This document shows, piece by piece, positions 1 to 11,664 of a DNA stretch of 64,000 nt. The notes beneath the pieces were generated by a model. It saw only the letters and a list, made by a program, of their open reading frames with translations. It was not told the origin of the DNA and made no database searches. This DNA comes from Macrostomum lignano. Its lineage: Eukaryota. The DNA lies in NCBI GenBank assembly GCA_002269645.1, contig NIVC01000302.1, positions 316,303-380,302 on the forward strand, read 5' to 3'. Position 1 is the stretch's first letter, and each line of letters starts with the position of its first letter. The position numbers and the translations under genes were made by a program.

Positions 1-1262
1 GTGTATCTAATATACTATGATATATTTCTAGTATATAATATAGTATTAGCATGACCAAGATAGCCACACACCAAGATGGCCATAGCTTTAAATTTGATAT
101 CAATAAGAATAGGCCTAGGTTTTCTCTTTCCTCATTTCTTATTAGTAGTGATTAGTATTAGGCCTAGGTATAAATCTTCAAATCTTATGTGACAGATACT
201 ATATTAAAGAAGTAAATTAACCAAACAAAAAACATTTTTTCTTTATCTTTATTGTAAGATATATATTTACTAAATAAAGAAAATAAGGTCTAGATTAGTA
301 TAAAATCAATACCTTGTTACTTATGTATCCCAAGTATTCTTGTAGGCCTATACCCATGGCCCTATGGTCTATACAGTATACTATAATATTAATAGTTACT
401 TTTGGTTAAACTTATAGATATAGATGACTCAATGTTAAACTTTTTTAAATGGTATCAATTAGTAAGGCTTGCAAAAACTAAAAAATATTGAAATATTAGG
501 CCCTATAAATAATTTGTTTCAAATATATTATTGGATAGGCCTAGTATTTATAGTTGGTTAAAATATAGAGACTATTTGATAATGATATTACAATAGACTA
601 GGCCCTAGTTCAGTTTATTTATATGCAAAATGAATAGGTCTAATCTTGTTTTTTTATTAAAGCTTATAAGATATATGATCATCAATATAAAATTAATATC
701 CAGAAAAGAATATTTTCCAATCTATAATATGATATGAACACAAAAATAGGGCTTTGGCCTATTTTTGGCCCATATTTACGCTATTTTAAAACCATAGGTA
801 TAACTATATTAGGCTAGGCCTAGTATAGACTAGGCCTAGATTAAAATAGGCCACCCTGGCCTAGAAAGCAACTTGAAAAGCAGCACCTAGCCTAAAATCC
901 TTCAACCTTAGGTCTACATTACAATATATCTTCATTGAAAGTAACACTCTATGTTTTTGTGTGGATGGATAGGCCTAGAAAGGCGATGGCTAAAATATGA
1001 AAATTGCACTCTGAAATTTAGTAGTTAGGGCCTAGCCCTATTTTGTCAGACTAGGGCATAAAGTGTGTATTGCACAATAATGCCTTCAAGAACATTTTAT
1101 TAGTAGTAGTAAGTTGGCTCAGGCAGTTAGCCTGTTTGGCCAATATAAGTCTATATATAATAATGTTCCGAAAAGTGTGTATTGGGTTATAAATACAATT
1201 TTTGTAAATATATTGGATGTTAGGATGTAGATCGCGTCGAGTTTATGTAGGATGCCAAATCA

Positions 1263-1659
1263 TTTTAAAAGGGTCTCCCTAAAACACGCCCCGCACCGCC
1301 CTGCAGCGCTACACATTAAAACAAATTGGACTGTAACTGAAGACACTTAAAAATGCGTTTTCTGTTAAGCTCTAAATTTTTTATTAAATTTAGTTTTTTT
1401 TATTATGAAATATAAAATTCGGTGAATAATAAGTGATAATAATAATAATATTATTAAAATAATAATAATGTAATTTAATAATGAAAACGAGAATATAAAA
1501 AATAATAATAATATTGATGATAATAATTAAAGATATTTATTCCGTTACTCTTACAACAAATAGTTTTCTTTGCAATCAAATACTGCATTGACAAAAAAAG
1601 TTATAATGTGTAGCGGTTCGGGGCGGTGCGGTGCGTGTTTTAGGGAGACCCTTTTAAAA
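1263..1659. mobile_element. MITE-like non-autonomous DNA transposon with ~55-bp terminal inverted repeats (Kolobok/T2-like ends possible)
   Basis: 1263-1318 (ttttaaaagggtctccctaaaacacgccccgcaccgccc...acacatta) is the near-perfect reverse complement of 1604-1659; AT-rich non-coding interior; TTAA next to both ends. Confidence 0.75.
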
Positions 1660-2059
1660 CAATGATGAACTTAACGAGTTTTTTTAACAAAATATGAATC
1701 CACTGGCCCAATGCCTCGATGAAACATGGTCAAATATAAAATATTTAGCTCCATGTAACTGAATAATATTTGCTTTTATATAAAAAAGAACAACCAAGTT
1801 ACGGTGTATTAACGTTGTCATCTAAGTTACGGTGCATCCAAGTTACGGTGCATCCAAGTTACGATACCGCATTAGTAGCCGTCAGATTCATGAGCACGTC
1901 TAGAAAAATAAATTTGCTTCATATAAGCTACGTGACCTTCTCTCTCATTTGACGCCTCCTTCCTCTGTCCCTAAAGTTGCAATTGTTTTAAGCGAGTTTG
2001 TTAAAAGCTGGCATTCTTGTGTTGGCTATACGATTAAGATGACAGATGACAAATTTTGT

Positions 2060-2236
2060 ACACTGTTCCCTGGGGACACTGGGGAATGGGGGTTGACTAT
2101 CATGGGTTTGAATCGCATAAAAAATCCAACCTGAACCAATTCTCGTGCACAAACCCCAAATGAATTTGCCCGCGCACGGAATCGAACCAACCGTGTCGTG
2201 GCGCGAAACCAAGACGCGTTTACCACTGAGCTGATC
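2060..2236 (-). mobile_element. tRNA-derived SINE (family A), degenerate copy
   Basis: Minus strand has A-box-like agctcagtggtaaa and B-box ggttcgattcc, followed by a body resembling the copies at 3610-3750, 8230-8440 and 40968-41270 (caaccccc...agtgtaca). Confidence 0.55.
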
Positions 2237-2862
2237 TTTCTACTAATTAGGGCCAAGACGAAACGACTACATTTTTGTACTTTTTCACAATTCCAATGAA
2301 AGATAAGATGCCAATTCTCTCGTTATTAATGCTACAATACTTTAATGCAATCTGAAAGATTGAAGGAGACTAAGATGGTACGGGAGCCCAACAATCACTG
2401 CCTAAATTAGTGCAACGCCAATGTGACAATTTTTTTAGCTAATCAAAAAGCATAGATACTGAATCTGCAAAATCTTCTAGAGAGCTCGATTTATTACGAT
2501 AAACGTTATTGCTCGTCAATTTCTTAGCACAAACAAATTACCCGCCAACAGTTTTTTTGCCATACATTCCGAGACTATATAAAATGAGCGATGATATGTG
2601 TATAGAAGGACCATCAAATTTTACTCGTATAATGCACAATTTTTACACACTGCAGTCGTATCAGCCTTTCCGCGGGCGCAGTAATGAGCAATTTAATATT
2701 ATTTTCCGAAACATTTAAACAAATTTAGAAACTGATACTATAGCAGCACATAATTGAAACGAATTCATTAAAAATGCATTCGAAAGTGACTGACACAAGC
2801 AGACAGAAATTTTACAATATTTGCTAGAGATAACCGTAATTAGCAGGCTGGCGGCAGTCAAA

Positions 2863-5800
2863 TTAGATCAGGTGCTCCTGGCCGTAGTAACGATAGCACG
2901 CCCTGACAACCTGGCGCAGAGCGCTAGTATAACAAAGGTCCCGCCGATCATCCTTAATGCTAAGGAACGGCATGACGTCCAGCGGCCACCAGGCCGGCCG
3001 CTTGTCGCTGCAGCCCCAACGAATCCGACGCGGCCTACGGCGACGCGGTTCAACATCTTCGGTACCCCAGTTCCACAGGCCGACCAGGTGGAGCAGTAGT
3101 CTGCGGATTGAATTAACGTCCAGTTCGTCAAGGCGAGCCGGACGGCCGCGACGGACCAGAACAGGCAGGCGAACATTCGCTGCGCGTTGGCTGCTGCTGT
3201 CAGAGTTTGACGGACTTCTTGACGGGTCGTCCTGTAATTGGGAGACATCAGTGACTCGACGACGATGGTCAACAATGTCTGGCGATCGAGGTCCCGATGC
3301 ACGAGCTGCAGTCTGATCCGATAGCTGTTCTTGCAGCTCCGGCAGCGTTGGTTGATGCGGCTGAGGATCCGTAGACCGCGACTCCAGCTTCACGATGCAG
3401 GTTTTAGCGCACCTATGCGGGTGGATTCAGACAGTCGTGAATTTACAGCTAGAAAGTAAAATGACACTGTCATAATCGCTAGTGCTACGAGATGCCTGTG
3501 GGCACCCTGGCATAACGCCTTTGGTAACATCGTCCCGCAACCAGTGCTGAGGCGATTCTGCCCATTCCACTGACTCCTGAGCTACGAGTACATAAAAGTG
3601 CGCCAATACTGTACGCAGGCAGGCACTCACGCACACGCTCACACAGGGTGTACAGCGGCCCTGACTATCTAATCGTCAGGCTTGTACACTCTATGTGCCT
3701 TGAAACAACCCACCGCGACCAATTTTCGCACACAAGATCCAAATAATCCAAATGAGCACCTGGAAGCAATCGGGGCCGAAATAGACAGAGTTTTCGCTGG
3801 TGCACGAATCCACATTGCGCTCTGCTGCGGCTGTGGCGGCGGCGGAGGCGGTGGATCTGCGACCGCTCCAGTCTGAGTGCCAAGAGACCGCAGCTGTACT
3901 GGGAAAACTGGAGCCTCAACCAGTTTAGAAAGATTTCGAAACTCAACCAGTTCAGAAAGATTTCGAGACTCAACCAGTTCAGAAAGATTTCGAGACTCAA
4001 CCAGTTCAGAAAGATTTCGAGCCTCGCCAGCCGCCACGTCAACTGGGTGCAGCTCCGATTCAGGTAAAACTTCCTCAGCTTCTAAGCAGGGCCCAAAGTC
4101 TGACTCAGACACTAGCCGCTGCTGATTAGACTCAATGATTGGCAGTTCTAATAAGTGAGATTGGCCATAGAATTTGTAACAATGGCGCACAACTTCGCGC
4201 AGAGCGTCCGCGTGGTGACGGATCAGGGCGCGTTGGTCCGATGTGCGCCAATCCTGCGGGAGCACGGGAGGTGTAGCGGAGCCAATACTTTCATAGTCGT
4301 ACAGAGCAAACGAATTTACTTAATGGTTTCGTTGTTAATTTGTTAAGGGCTGTTTTGATAGTTAGAGTATTAACTGTCATTGTAACTGTATTAACTGGAC
4401 GATGAATCAAAACACTGTATGGTTTGAAGGAACTGCACATGTACTGCATTGATCTGCATTTTTTCAAGCCAGCTAAAAGATTGGTTAGAGACAGGTTACA
4501 GACAGGTATGACTTTCTATTCGTAAATTTGAACGTGACCCAACCTTAACTCGAGCTGACTTAGCGTCCTTCTTCCTGCCAAGGCGTTTGGTAGAAGTTTT
4601 TAACTTAAAGGTCAGGTATAGAATCTAGCGCGTGACTGCGGGTCAGAGAGAGAAGAAAAAAGAGAGAAGAGGGGAGAGGAGGGGAGATGAGAGAGGAGGG
4701 AGAAGATGAGAGGGAAGATGAGAGAGAGGGAAGAGGAGGGGAGAGAACGGAGATAATAAAGGAGAGAGGAGGAAAGAGGAGAGAAGAGATAAGAGAGGAG
4801 ATGGGAGAGGAGGGGAGGGGAGGGGAGATAAGAGAGGACATAAAAAAGGGAGCTGAAGAGACACAAGAATTTGTGAAGCTTCAAAAGAACCCGAGGGCCG
4901 GATATTGAAAACCCTGATCTATACCCACCCGGTAGCATCTTCTTATTAAGCGTAATTTGAACGAACCAGAGAAACCATATGCTGACCTAAGTCGAATCGA
5001 AAAGTGATAATTGAGAATGATGCATGCAGCATATTGTACTCAAATGGGAAAAAGCCCAGGTGCTAGTTATCTGTAGCCGTGGGTTGACTATGAGACACCA
5101 TCAGAACAATTAAGGTACACAGTTTAATTAACGTCTTTCGGCCCATTTTCACCCTGGTATATGTTGAAGAATATCTGAAAAGTCAGAATAACTGGCAATT
5201 GTTGGAGTGGTGCAGAACAGATGGTTTCAATATATTCTTGAATTTCTTGTGCCTGAGTTACTAGGCTCCGATGCAGCAACAAAAATTGTCAAGAGGCAGG
5301 CGGGGGTGAATTCCAACCACTCCTTGGTCGTTCTGCTGTTAACGACAAGATAGGCATTTGACGAAAAAATGGCAATGGTAGAAATGTAAAAAAGGAATAG
5401 AGAAAGAAATTAAAAAATTCCTTTTCAAGAGGCCAATTAGGAGCGAGAACGAAGCGCATTAAGGAAGGCTGGGAGGGGTGCTGGGTTGAGTTGCATCGCT
5501 GTCAGTTTTCTCTCTCTCTCTCTCTCTCTCTTTCAGTATAAAGATGGCTTCTCGGCCTGCAAAGTAGTTATGGGTTTTGTCTCAATAAAGTTCTGACTTG
5601 ACTTGCTTTTTCAGATACTAAATTACCTCAATTAACAAGCACGCCTAGCTAGAAAAGCAGCAAATGTTGAAGCTCTACGCTTTCATTTTGCTAACTAACG
5701 CGGTTACAGCCGTCTTCGCCAGCTGCAGAACGAAGTGGTGCAAACTCGGCGACCGCTGCCTCAACGAGACCGTCGCTCAAGGCTGCTGGAAGGCGCCCAG

Positions 5801-8800
5801 CGTGGCGCCCTGCATGATGAAGGCGGGCGCCAGTCCCGGAGACCTGGTTGCGCAGTGGAATGAGCGCACCGCTGCGTGCTGCCTCTTCCGCTACCAGACG
5901 GTGTGCCGGCACATTCAGGCCCGCAACGCGACCGAGTCTCTGAGCGACAGCCGGTGCAGCGTGTACCGCTTCTCGTCTCTGTCGAGATGCTCCGAGTCGG
6001 TCGGTGCGCGCTTTGTGGCCGCGTGGCTGGCAGGAGGCGGCAGCCGGTTTGACAACCTCGTGTGCCAGGCCGAGCCCGGCAACTACCGGCTGCACAGCGA
6101 GAACGTGGACTGGACTGAGGACGGAGCCAAGTTCAACGGGGCGTGTTCGTACGCGGCTACCGAGGATGTGGGAAACGTAGTGAACGGGGGCTCCTTCACC
6201 TGGCTTCTGCGGCTGAAGAGGCAGCCGAGACTCCAGCCGTTCATGGAAGCCGGCCAGTGCGACAACTTAGGGAATTTTGGCCCGCATTTCTGGGAGTACA
6301 GCATGCCGAACATGCTGTTCAATCGTTCTCCAGGCCTAACAGGTGCAAAAGCATCTCAAATTCTCCCAAACAATCCGAACACTTGGATCGACATCGGACT
6401 GAGCCAATCAGAAACAGATAGGCAAATGTTTTTCAATGGCTCATTTGTGCTGTCAACTGGAGCGACCGCTCCGACCTCGAGCTTCTGCTACATTATTCAA
6501 ATTGGTCGGCGTTGGCCAAATCATTTTCTACAGGGCACCGTTAGGGCCGTTGCGATCGCGAACTTCTCCATGACAGCGGCGGAGATTCAGCGGTTCTTTT
6601 CAACGCTGCCCTGAGCCTTGAAAAACGCTGAACTTATAAAGGATTAAATTTTGTTGCTTAACAAATTTAAAATAATTTTAATACGCGTACAGCGCCTACA
6701 ATACTTATCTAGCAATCTTAGCCCCTTATAGGGCAGGTAATAAAGAAAGTAGAATATTTTTAAAAACTAAACAAAAAAGCTTGCAGGGCGTACACTGCAC
6801 TCTGTGGCCCTCACTATCCATGACCCACTCTTTTGCCAAAATTTATTTTACCAATTATCGACCAATCACGTTTTATTCCCCAAAACTCAATATCGACTAA
6901 TAAGTATACTGAGCAAACAAAGTCATATAGAAGCCACCTTTTTCGGCACGCAAAACGTGCATTATTAGAAAATTCGAAGTGAGCAGCAACCCCACTGCGA
7001 GCCTTGGCATTCTCCATTGAGGCACAAATTAACCCCCTACTCCTTAAAAGTTATGGTCTAACCGTACCAAAGTAAGCCTAACTCTCCTTTTGATGCTTGG
7101 CATCGCAACAACCCCCCGTGAGCCTTGGCATCTCAGCAACCCTCTCCCCGTGAGCCTTGGCATCTCAGCAACCCTCTCCCCGTGAGCCTTGGCATCTCAG
7201 CAACCCTCTCCCCGTGAGCCTTGGCATCTCAGCAACCCTCTCCCCCCGTGAGCCTTGGCATCTCAGCAACCCTCTCCCCCCGTGAGCCTTGGCATCTTAG
7301 CAACCCTCTCCCCGTGAGCCTTGGCATCTCAGCAACCCTCTCCCCGTGAGCCTTGGCATCTCAGCAACCCTCTCCCCGTGAGCCTTGGCATCTCAGCAAC
7401 CCCTCCCCCCGTGAGCCTTGGCATCTCAGCAACCCTCTCCCCCCGTGAGCCTTGGCATCTCAGCAACCCCTCCCCCCGTGAGCCTTGGCATCTCAGCAAC
7501 CCCTCCCCCCGTGAGCCTTGGCATCTCAGCAACCCTCTCCCCGTGAGCCTTGGCATCTCAGCAACCCTCTCCCCGTGAGCCTTGGCATCTCAGCAACCCT
7601 CTCCCCGTGAGCCTTGGCATCTCAGCAACTCCCTCCCCCGTGAGCCTTGGCATCTCAGCAACCCTCTCCCCCCGTGAGCCTTGGCATCTCAGCAACCCTC
7701 TCCCCGTGAGCCTTGGCATCTCAGCAACCCTCTCCCCGTGAGCCTTGGCATCTCAGCAACCCTCTCCCCCCGTGAGCCTTGGCATCTCAGCAACCCTCTC
7801 CCCGTGAGCCTTGGCATCTCAGCAACCCTCTCCCCCCGTGAGCCTTGGCATCTCAGCAACCCCCACACCGTGTGACTACGAACTATGAGCATGTCTTCAC
7901 GAAGGGACAATGCTGACAGTTCTATTCTATTCAAGTAATGCTAAAAACGCAGTCCATATAGTCTCCAATTATTCTTTCAGAGAACAGTTGGCTTAAAAAG
8001 CAAATGGCTGTAAGGACTAGCTTACTGAGAGAGAAGCATCAGATGAGAGACTGTTTTGTGAACTTGCTGGGCCACAGTTACTCGCCTATTGTGTCTATTT
8101 CCAGTTCTTTGTAAATGAAATATTAATACACACACAATTCTCTAATTACGAGCTAGAACGACACTGTTCCTTTTAAGTCCTACACAATGAAAACGCTCCC
8201 ATCTAAGGAATTAAGAAGCCACTGGAGCAGACAGAACATCTCAGCGGCAAACGCGTCTGACTCGATCGCGTCGCGACCCTTTTGTTGGTTCGAATCCGTG
8301 CTTCGGCCACATTCATTCGGGACCCATGAGGGCCAGCCCCCAAGGCACAGAGTGTACATGCCTGACGGTTAGAAAGTCAGGACCGCTGTACACCCTGTGT
8401 GAGCATGTGTATGAGTGCGTACCAGCGTACAGTATTAAACTGAACTCATTGACCGCCTGACCTGCTTGACATTCCGCCAGGGCAGCAGGCAGTCTGGCCA
8501 CCACAGCGGCATGGCTGCGGGATCGTCCCAGCGCAGCTGGGTCCGGCCAGTGACCAACTTGAGCAGGTCCGGCACAAACCGGCGCAATTCGTTAATTGGC
8601 ATGTCCTCTAATTGTACCCGACCGCCTTTAACTATCGGCTCGGGCAGCTGCAGTATCGGCTGCGGCCCGGCCTCGGAGGCTGAGGCAACGGCAGCGGCGT
8701 CGGTCGATAGAGTCGACAGCGACTCGCGCGTCAGAGCCTCAATGTCGGGCCCAAGCAGACGGAGGTGGCTGCGCAGCGGTTCGCTTCCGGCCACCCTCAG

Positions 8801-9094
8801 CCGCCACTGGAATGCGTCGTCGTCGTTGTCATCGCCGTAGATTTCGCTGATGCTGCCGCCACCGCCGCCGTCGCCTCCTCGACGACGCGGCCGACGCTCC
8901 AGCATGACAACGGCGCACAGGCGCACCGTGGCGCCATCGTCGGCGTCACTGCAAGTCAGCAGGCTGGCCCGACGGGCGAGATCGCGAAACGACCCGGAGG
9001 CGGCTTCGCTGTCGTTTTTCTGCCGACGACGGGCTGCGACTCTACAGCGCCGTTTGGCAGCGCCGCCGACCTCAGCGACCAACGGACGCTTAGA
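2863..9094 (-). CDS. NRF1/Ewg/P3A2-like transcription factor, spliced model with two NRF1-type DNA-binding domains
   Basis: Exons 9094-8462 (donor CAG|gtcagg, phase 0), 4253-3760 (acceptor cccgcag|GAT; putative donor AG|gtgctc, phase 2) and 3412-2863 (acceptor catag|G). Exon 1+2 join gives LEDMPINELRRFVPDLLKLVTGR..WDDPAAMPLWWPDCLLPWRNVKQ|DWRT..ADALREVVRHCYKFYGQSHLL, matching the NRF1 DNA-binding domain. Exon 3 has a second copy (LDELDVNSIRRLL..RPAWWPLDVMPF..SALRQVVRACYRYYGQEHLI). The exon 2-3 join is less certain than exon 1-2; no in-frame ATG at the 5' end. Confidence 0.75.
3610..3750 (-). mobile_element. SINE family A, 5'-truncated copy in the putative NRF1-like intron 2
   Basis: caaggcacatagagtgtacaagcctgac...gtcagggccgctgtacaccctgtgtgag matches 8341-8402, 41113-41182 and 61713-61775. 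Confidence 0.7.
4610..4925. mobile_element. Degenerate hAT-MITE-like element with GA-rich interior
   Basis: Right part (atttgtgaagcttcaaaagaacccgag) and the GA-rich core resemble the element at 11665-11950; termini are not clean. Confidence 0.4.
5664..6614 (+). CDS. Secreted 316-aa protein: Cys-rich PAN/apple-like N-terminus plus LamG/concanavalin-A-like C-terminus; intronless, nested antisense in the NRF1-like intron
   Basis: ATG at 5664, hydrophobic signal peptide MLKLYAFILLTNAVTAVFA, many Cys, C-terminal FLQGTVRAVAIANFSMTAAEIQRFF resembling the LamG-like F.G...V.I.N...S..EI motif; TATA-like tataaa near 5538. Confidence 0.75.
   Translation: MLKLYAFILLTNAVTAVFASCRTKWCKLGDRCLNETVAQGCWKAPSVAPCMMKAGASPGDLVAQWNERTAACCLFRYQTVCRHIQARNATESLSDSRCSVYRFSSLSRCSESVGARFVAAWLAGGGSRFDNLVCQAEPGNYRLHSENVDWTEDGAKFNGACSYAATEDVGNVVNGGSFTWLLRLKRQPRLQPFMEAGQCDNLGNFGPHFWEYSMPNMLFNRSPGLTGAKASQILPNNPNTWIDIGLSQSETDRQMFFNGSFVLSTGATAPTSSFCYIIQIGRRWPNHFLQGTVRAVAIANFSMTAAEIQRFFSTLP
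7097..7866. repeat. Minisatellite, 29-32 bp unit (gtgagccttggcatctcagcaaccctctcccc), ~25 copies, in NRF1-like intron 1
   Basis: Direct tandem repetition visible; unit length varies with the poly-C tract. Confidence 0.97.
8230..8440 (+). mobile_element. tRNA-derived SINE family A copy
   Basis: tRNA-like head (tctcagcggcaaacgcg...ggttcgaatcc) followed by the conserved caaggcacag-gtgtaca-cctgac/gtcagg-tgtacac body. Confidence 0.7.
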
Positions 9095-9183
9095 CTGAAG
9101 ATGCGGGATATTCAATGCGAGTGCCTGATTGGACTCGGAGTTTGGAAACCTAAATATTTTAAAACTGAGTTGCTCTCATTTTA

Positions 9184-9822
9184 GACTCAGACTAGACACA
9201 GTGAGATAGATAGTAGAGAGACTGAGACTAGACACACTGGATAGATAGTTGAGAGACTGTGAGACTAGACACACTGGATAGATAGTAGAGAGACTGAGAC
9301 TAGACACACTGGATAGATAGTTGAGAGACTGTGAGACTAGACACACTGGATAGATAGTTGAGAGACTGTGAGACTAGACACACTGGATAGATAGTAGAAA
9401 GACTGAGACTAGACACACTGGATAGATAGTAGAGAGACTGAGACTAGACACACTGGATAGATAGTTGAGAGACTGAGACTAGACACACTGGATAGATAGT
9501 TGAGAGACTGTGAGACTAGACACACTGGATAGATAGTAGAGAGACTGAGACTAGACACACTGGATAGATAGTTGAGAGACTGTGAGACTAGACACACTGG
9601 ATAGATAGTTGAGAGACTGTGAGACTAGACACACTGGATAGATAGTAGAGAGACTGTGAGACTAGACACACTGGATAGATAGTAGAGAGACTGTGAGACT
9701 AGACACACTGGATAGATAGTAGAAAGACTGAGACTAGACACACTGGATAGATAGTAGAGAGACTGTGAGACTAGACACACTGGATAGATAGTAGAGACTG
9801 AGACCAGACACAGTGAGATCGA
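9184..9822. repeat. Minisatellite, 35-37 bp unit (gagactagacacactggatagatagtagagagact), ~17 copies
   Basis: Tandem repetition immediately upstream of the NRF1-like first coding exon. Confidence 0.97.
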
Positions 9823-10391
9823 CAGCAGAGACCGTGCCGGAACCCAATATTGTCTCATATGCAAAGAAACAAAAAATTAGAATCAAGATAAATTAATTGT
9901 TTTATATTTTGTACTGAAATCTTCGATTTAACTGAAACAAGACAGACAATAAAAACAGAAAATATGAGCAATAAAAGAGCAGACAATACTATTTACAGCT
10001 ATAAAATCGAAAGCAAAACTTCTACAGTAAAGAAACGGGCGGAGATATGGCAGAAGCAGTCAGCTAATAAGCTTTAAACAGCTCAATAAAAAAGAGCCAT
10101 TAGATTAGCTAAAAGAAAATCTACAAAGAGCATTCTATTCGTAAATGAACAATTTCTCGAATAATAAATTACAATCGAATGACTTCAATCTTTGTTAAGT
10201 TAAGTGGATCAGGTTAGATTAGAAATTGGAATGCAAACAGCTATAAAGCACTCTGTATTAAATAAGAACAAAAAGACGCCATCGATTGAGTCTCATTTTC
10301 TGTCTTTACTGAATCGTTTATTAGTGCACTTTTAATATCAGTTAATGACAGAAAGAACAATACGATTTGAATTGTTAAATTGCTAGATTTC

Positions 10392-10587
10392 AAAGGGCCT
10401 GTCAACTTAAGCTCATAGAGTGGAGTCCTTAATTTCCCCTTGCTTGTTCTCTCCCATCTCAGGTCCAATTTTTGTAACTGTTTTGCCAAATCCAGCTTCC
10501 TGGTGTCACTGTGAGCAGGATGACGTATCATTTGTGTACATGTGTTACTCGGGCTCCACTTTTTGAGCTTAAGTTGACAGGCCCTTT
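10392..10587. mobile_element. Small MITE-like element with ~37-bp terminal inverted repeats
   Basis: aaagggcctgtcaacttaagctcatagagtggagtcc (10392-10428) versus gggctccactttttgagcttaagttgacaggcccttt (10551-10587). Confidence 0.7.
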
Positions 10588-11664
10588 ATTTTTATCCTGG
10601 TTACTGCAGAGCGGGCGTTTTATAAGCTGTGCGCTTCACAACCTCGAAATTTCACAAGCTAAGAACTTCACAAGTTCAAAAAGTTTCGCAAGCTCAAAAT
10701 TCTATTAAAAGTTGAAATTTCAAACAAACGGTAGCTCTCAATTTAAACATTCAACGCGAATTTATAGGCTAATTAAAGCTACTTAGTTTTCTAAGTTCGA
10801 ATCGCTTAACACGCCAGCCTTCGGTGCAGACAGACAATTGCTTAGTCTACAGTTCTAACAACAGCAAGTACATAAGAGCACGAAAGCTGAGAAATGCAAT
10901 AAAAAGCACACACACACACACACACACCCAAAGCTAAGAACAATATTTAGCAGCAATATTAGGCACTGGTAATAATTAGTTAACGGACAGAAAATTGACT
11001 CGAAGAGTTGTTAAATTATCAATCAATTTGAATGCAATTAATCAATCACACGTATTGGGACCTGACTTCTGAGATTTGCTTCTTCTATTAACCTGTAATT
11101 TCATGTGCTAAATACACAGCTTTGGCTGGAAACTACAAACAGTTAGGAATTATACTGGACTCCTAGATAGAAGCGACACAGTTTGGCACAACGCATAGAC
11201 GCAGTAAGAAAGAAAATCATCTAGGAAATACTACTTATGTCAGTAGTACACATAAATCAATTAGACTATTGGTTGTAATCCAATATTACCAATACACACA
11301 GGGAACCAATGTAAAACAGGCAAATACTTATCAAGTATGTGCAATTAAAATACAGGTAAATAAAAACCGCGCTAAACAATGCGATTATTTTACAGGAAAC
11401 TAGAGTTAGCTAAAAGACATCTAGTAATAAAGTAGTAATCATGAGACAAATAAAAGCAGAAAGATTACTTAAATTAGCCAGACAGAAAGTCTTCAGTTAT
11501 TTTTAGCACTAAACAAAAATTATCACCTTCTAAACTTTCGAGTTTAAAGTAAAGGAAGCGACAGCGACTTTCTAAACAAAATATCAGCTGCTCAAAGCGT
11601 AGCTGTTTCTTGGCCCGAGTTTTGTCTATGGTACAAACCCACTTTTTGCTATATCGGTTTAGAG

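Noticed and set aside
2167-2236. Functional tRNA gene
   Set aside because: A and B boxes are present but there is no clean cloverleaf; it continues into the SINE body. The same applies to 40968-41040 and 43380-43420.
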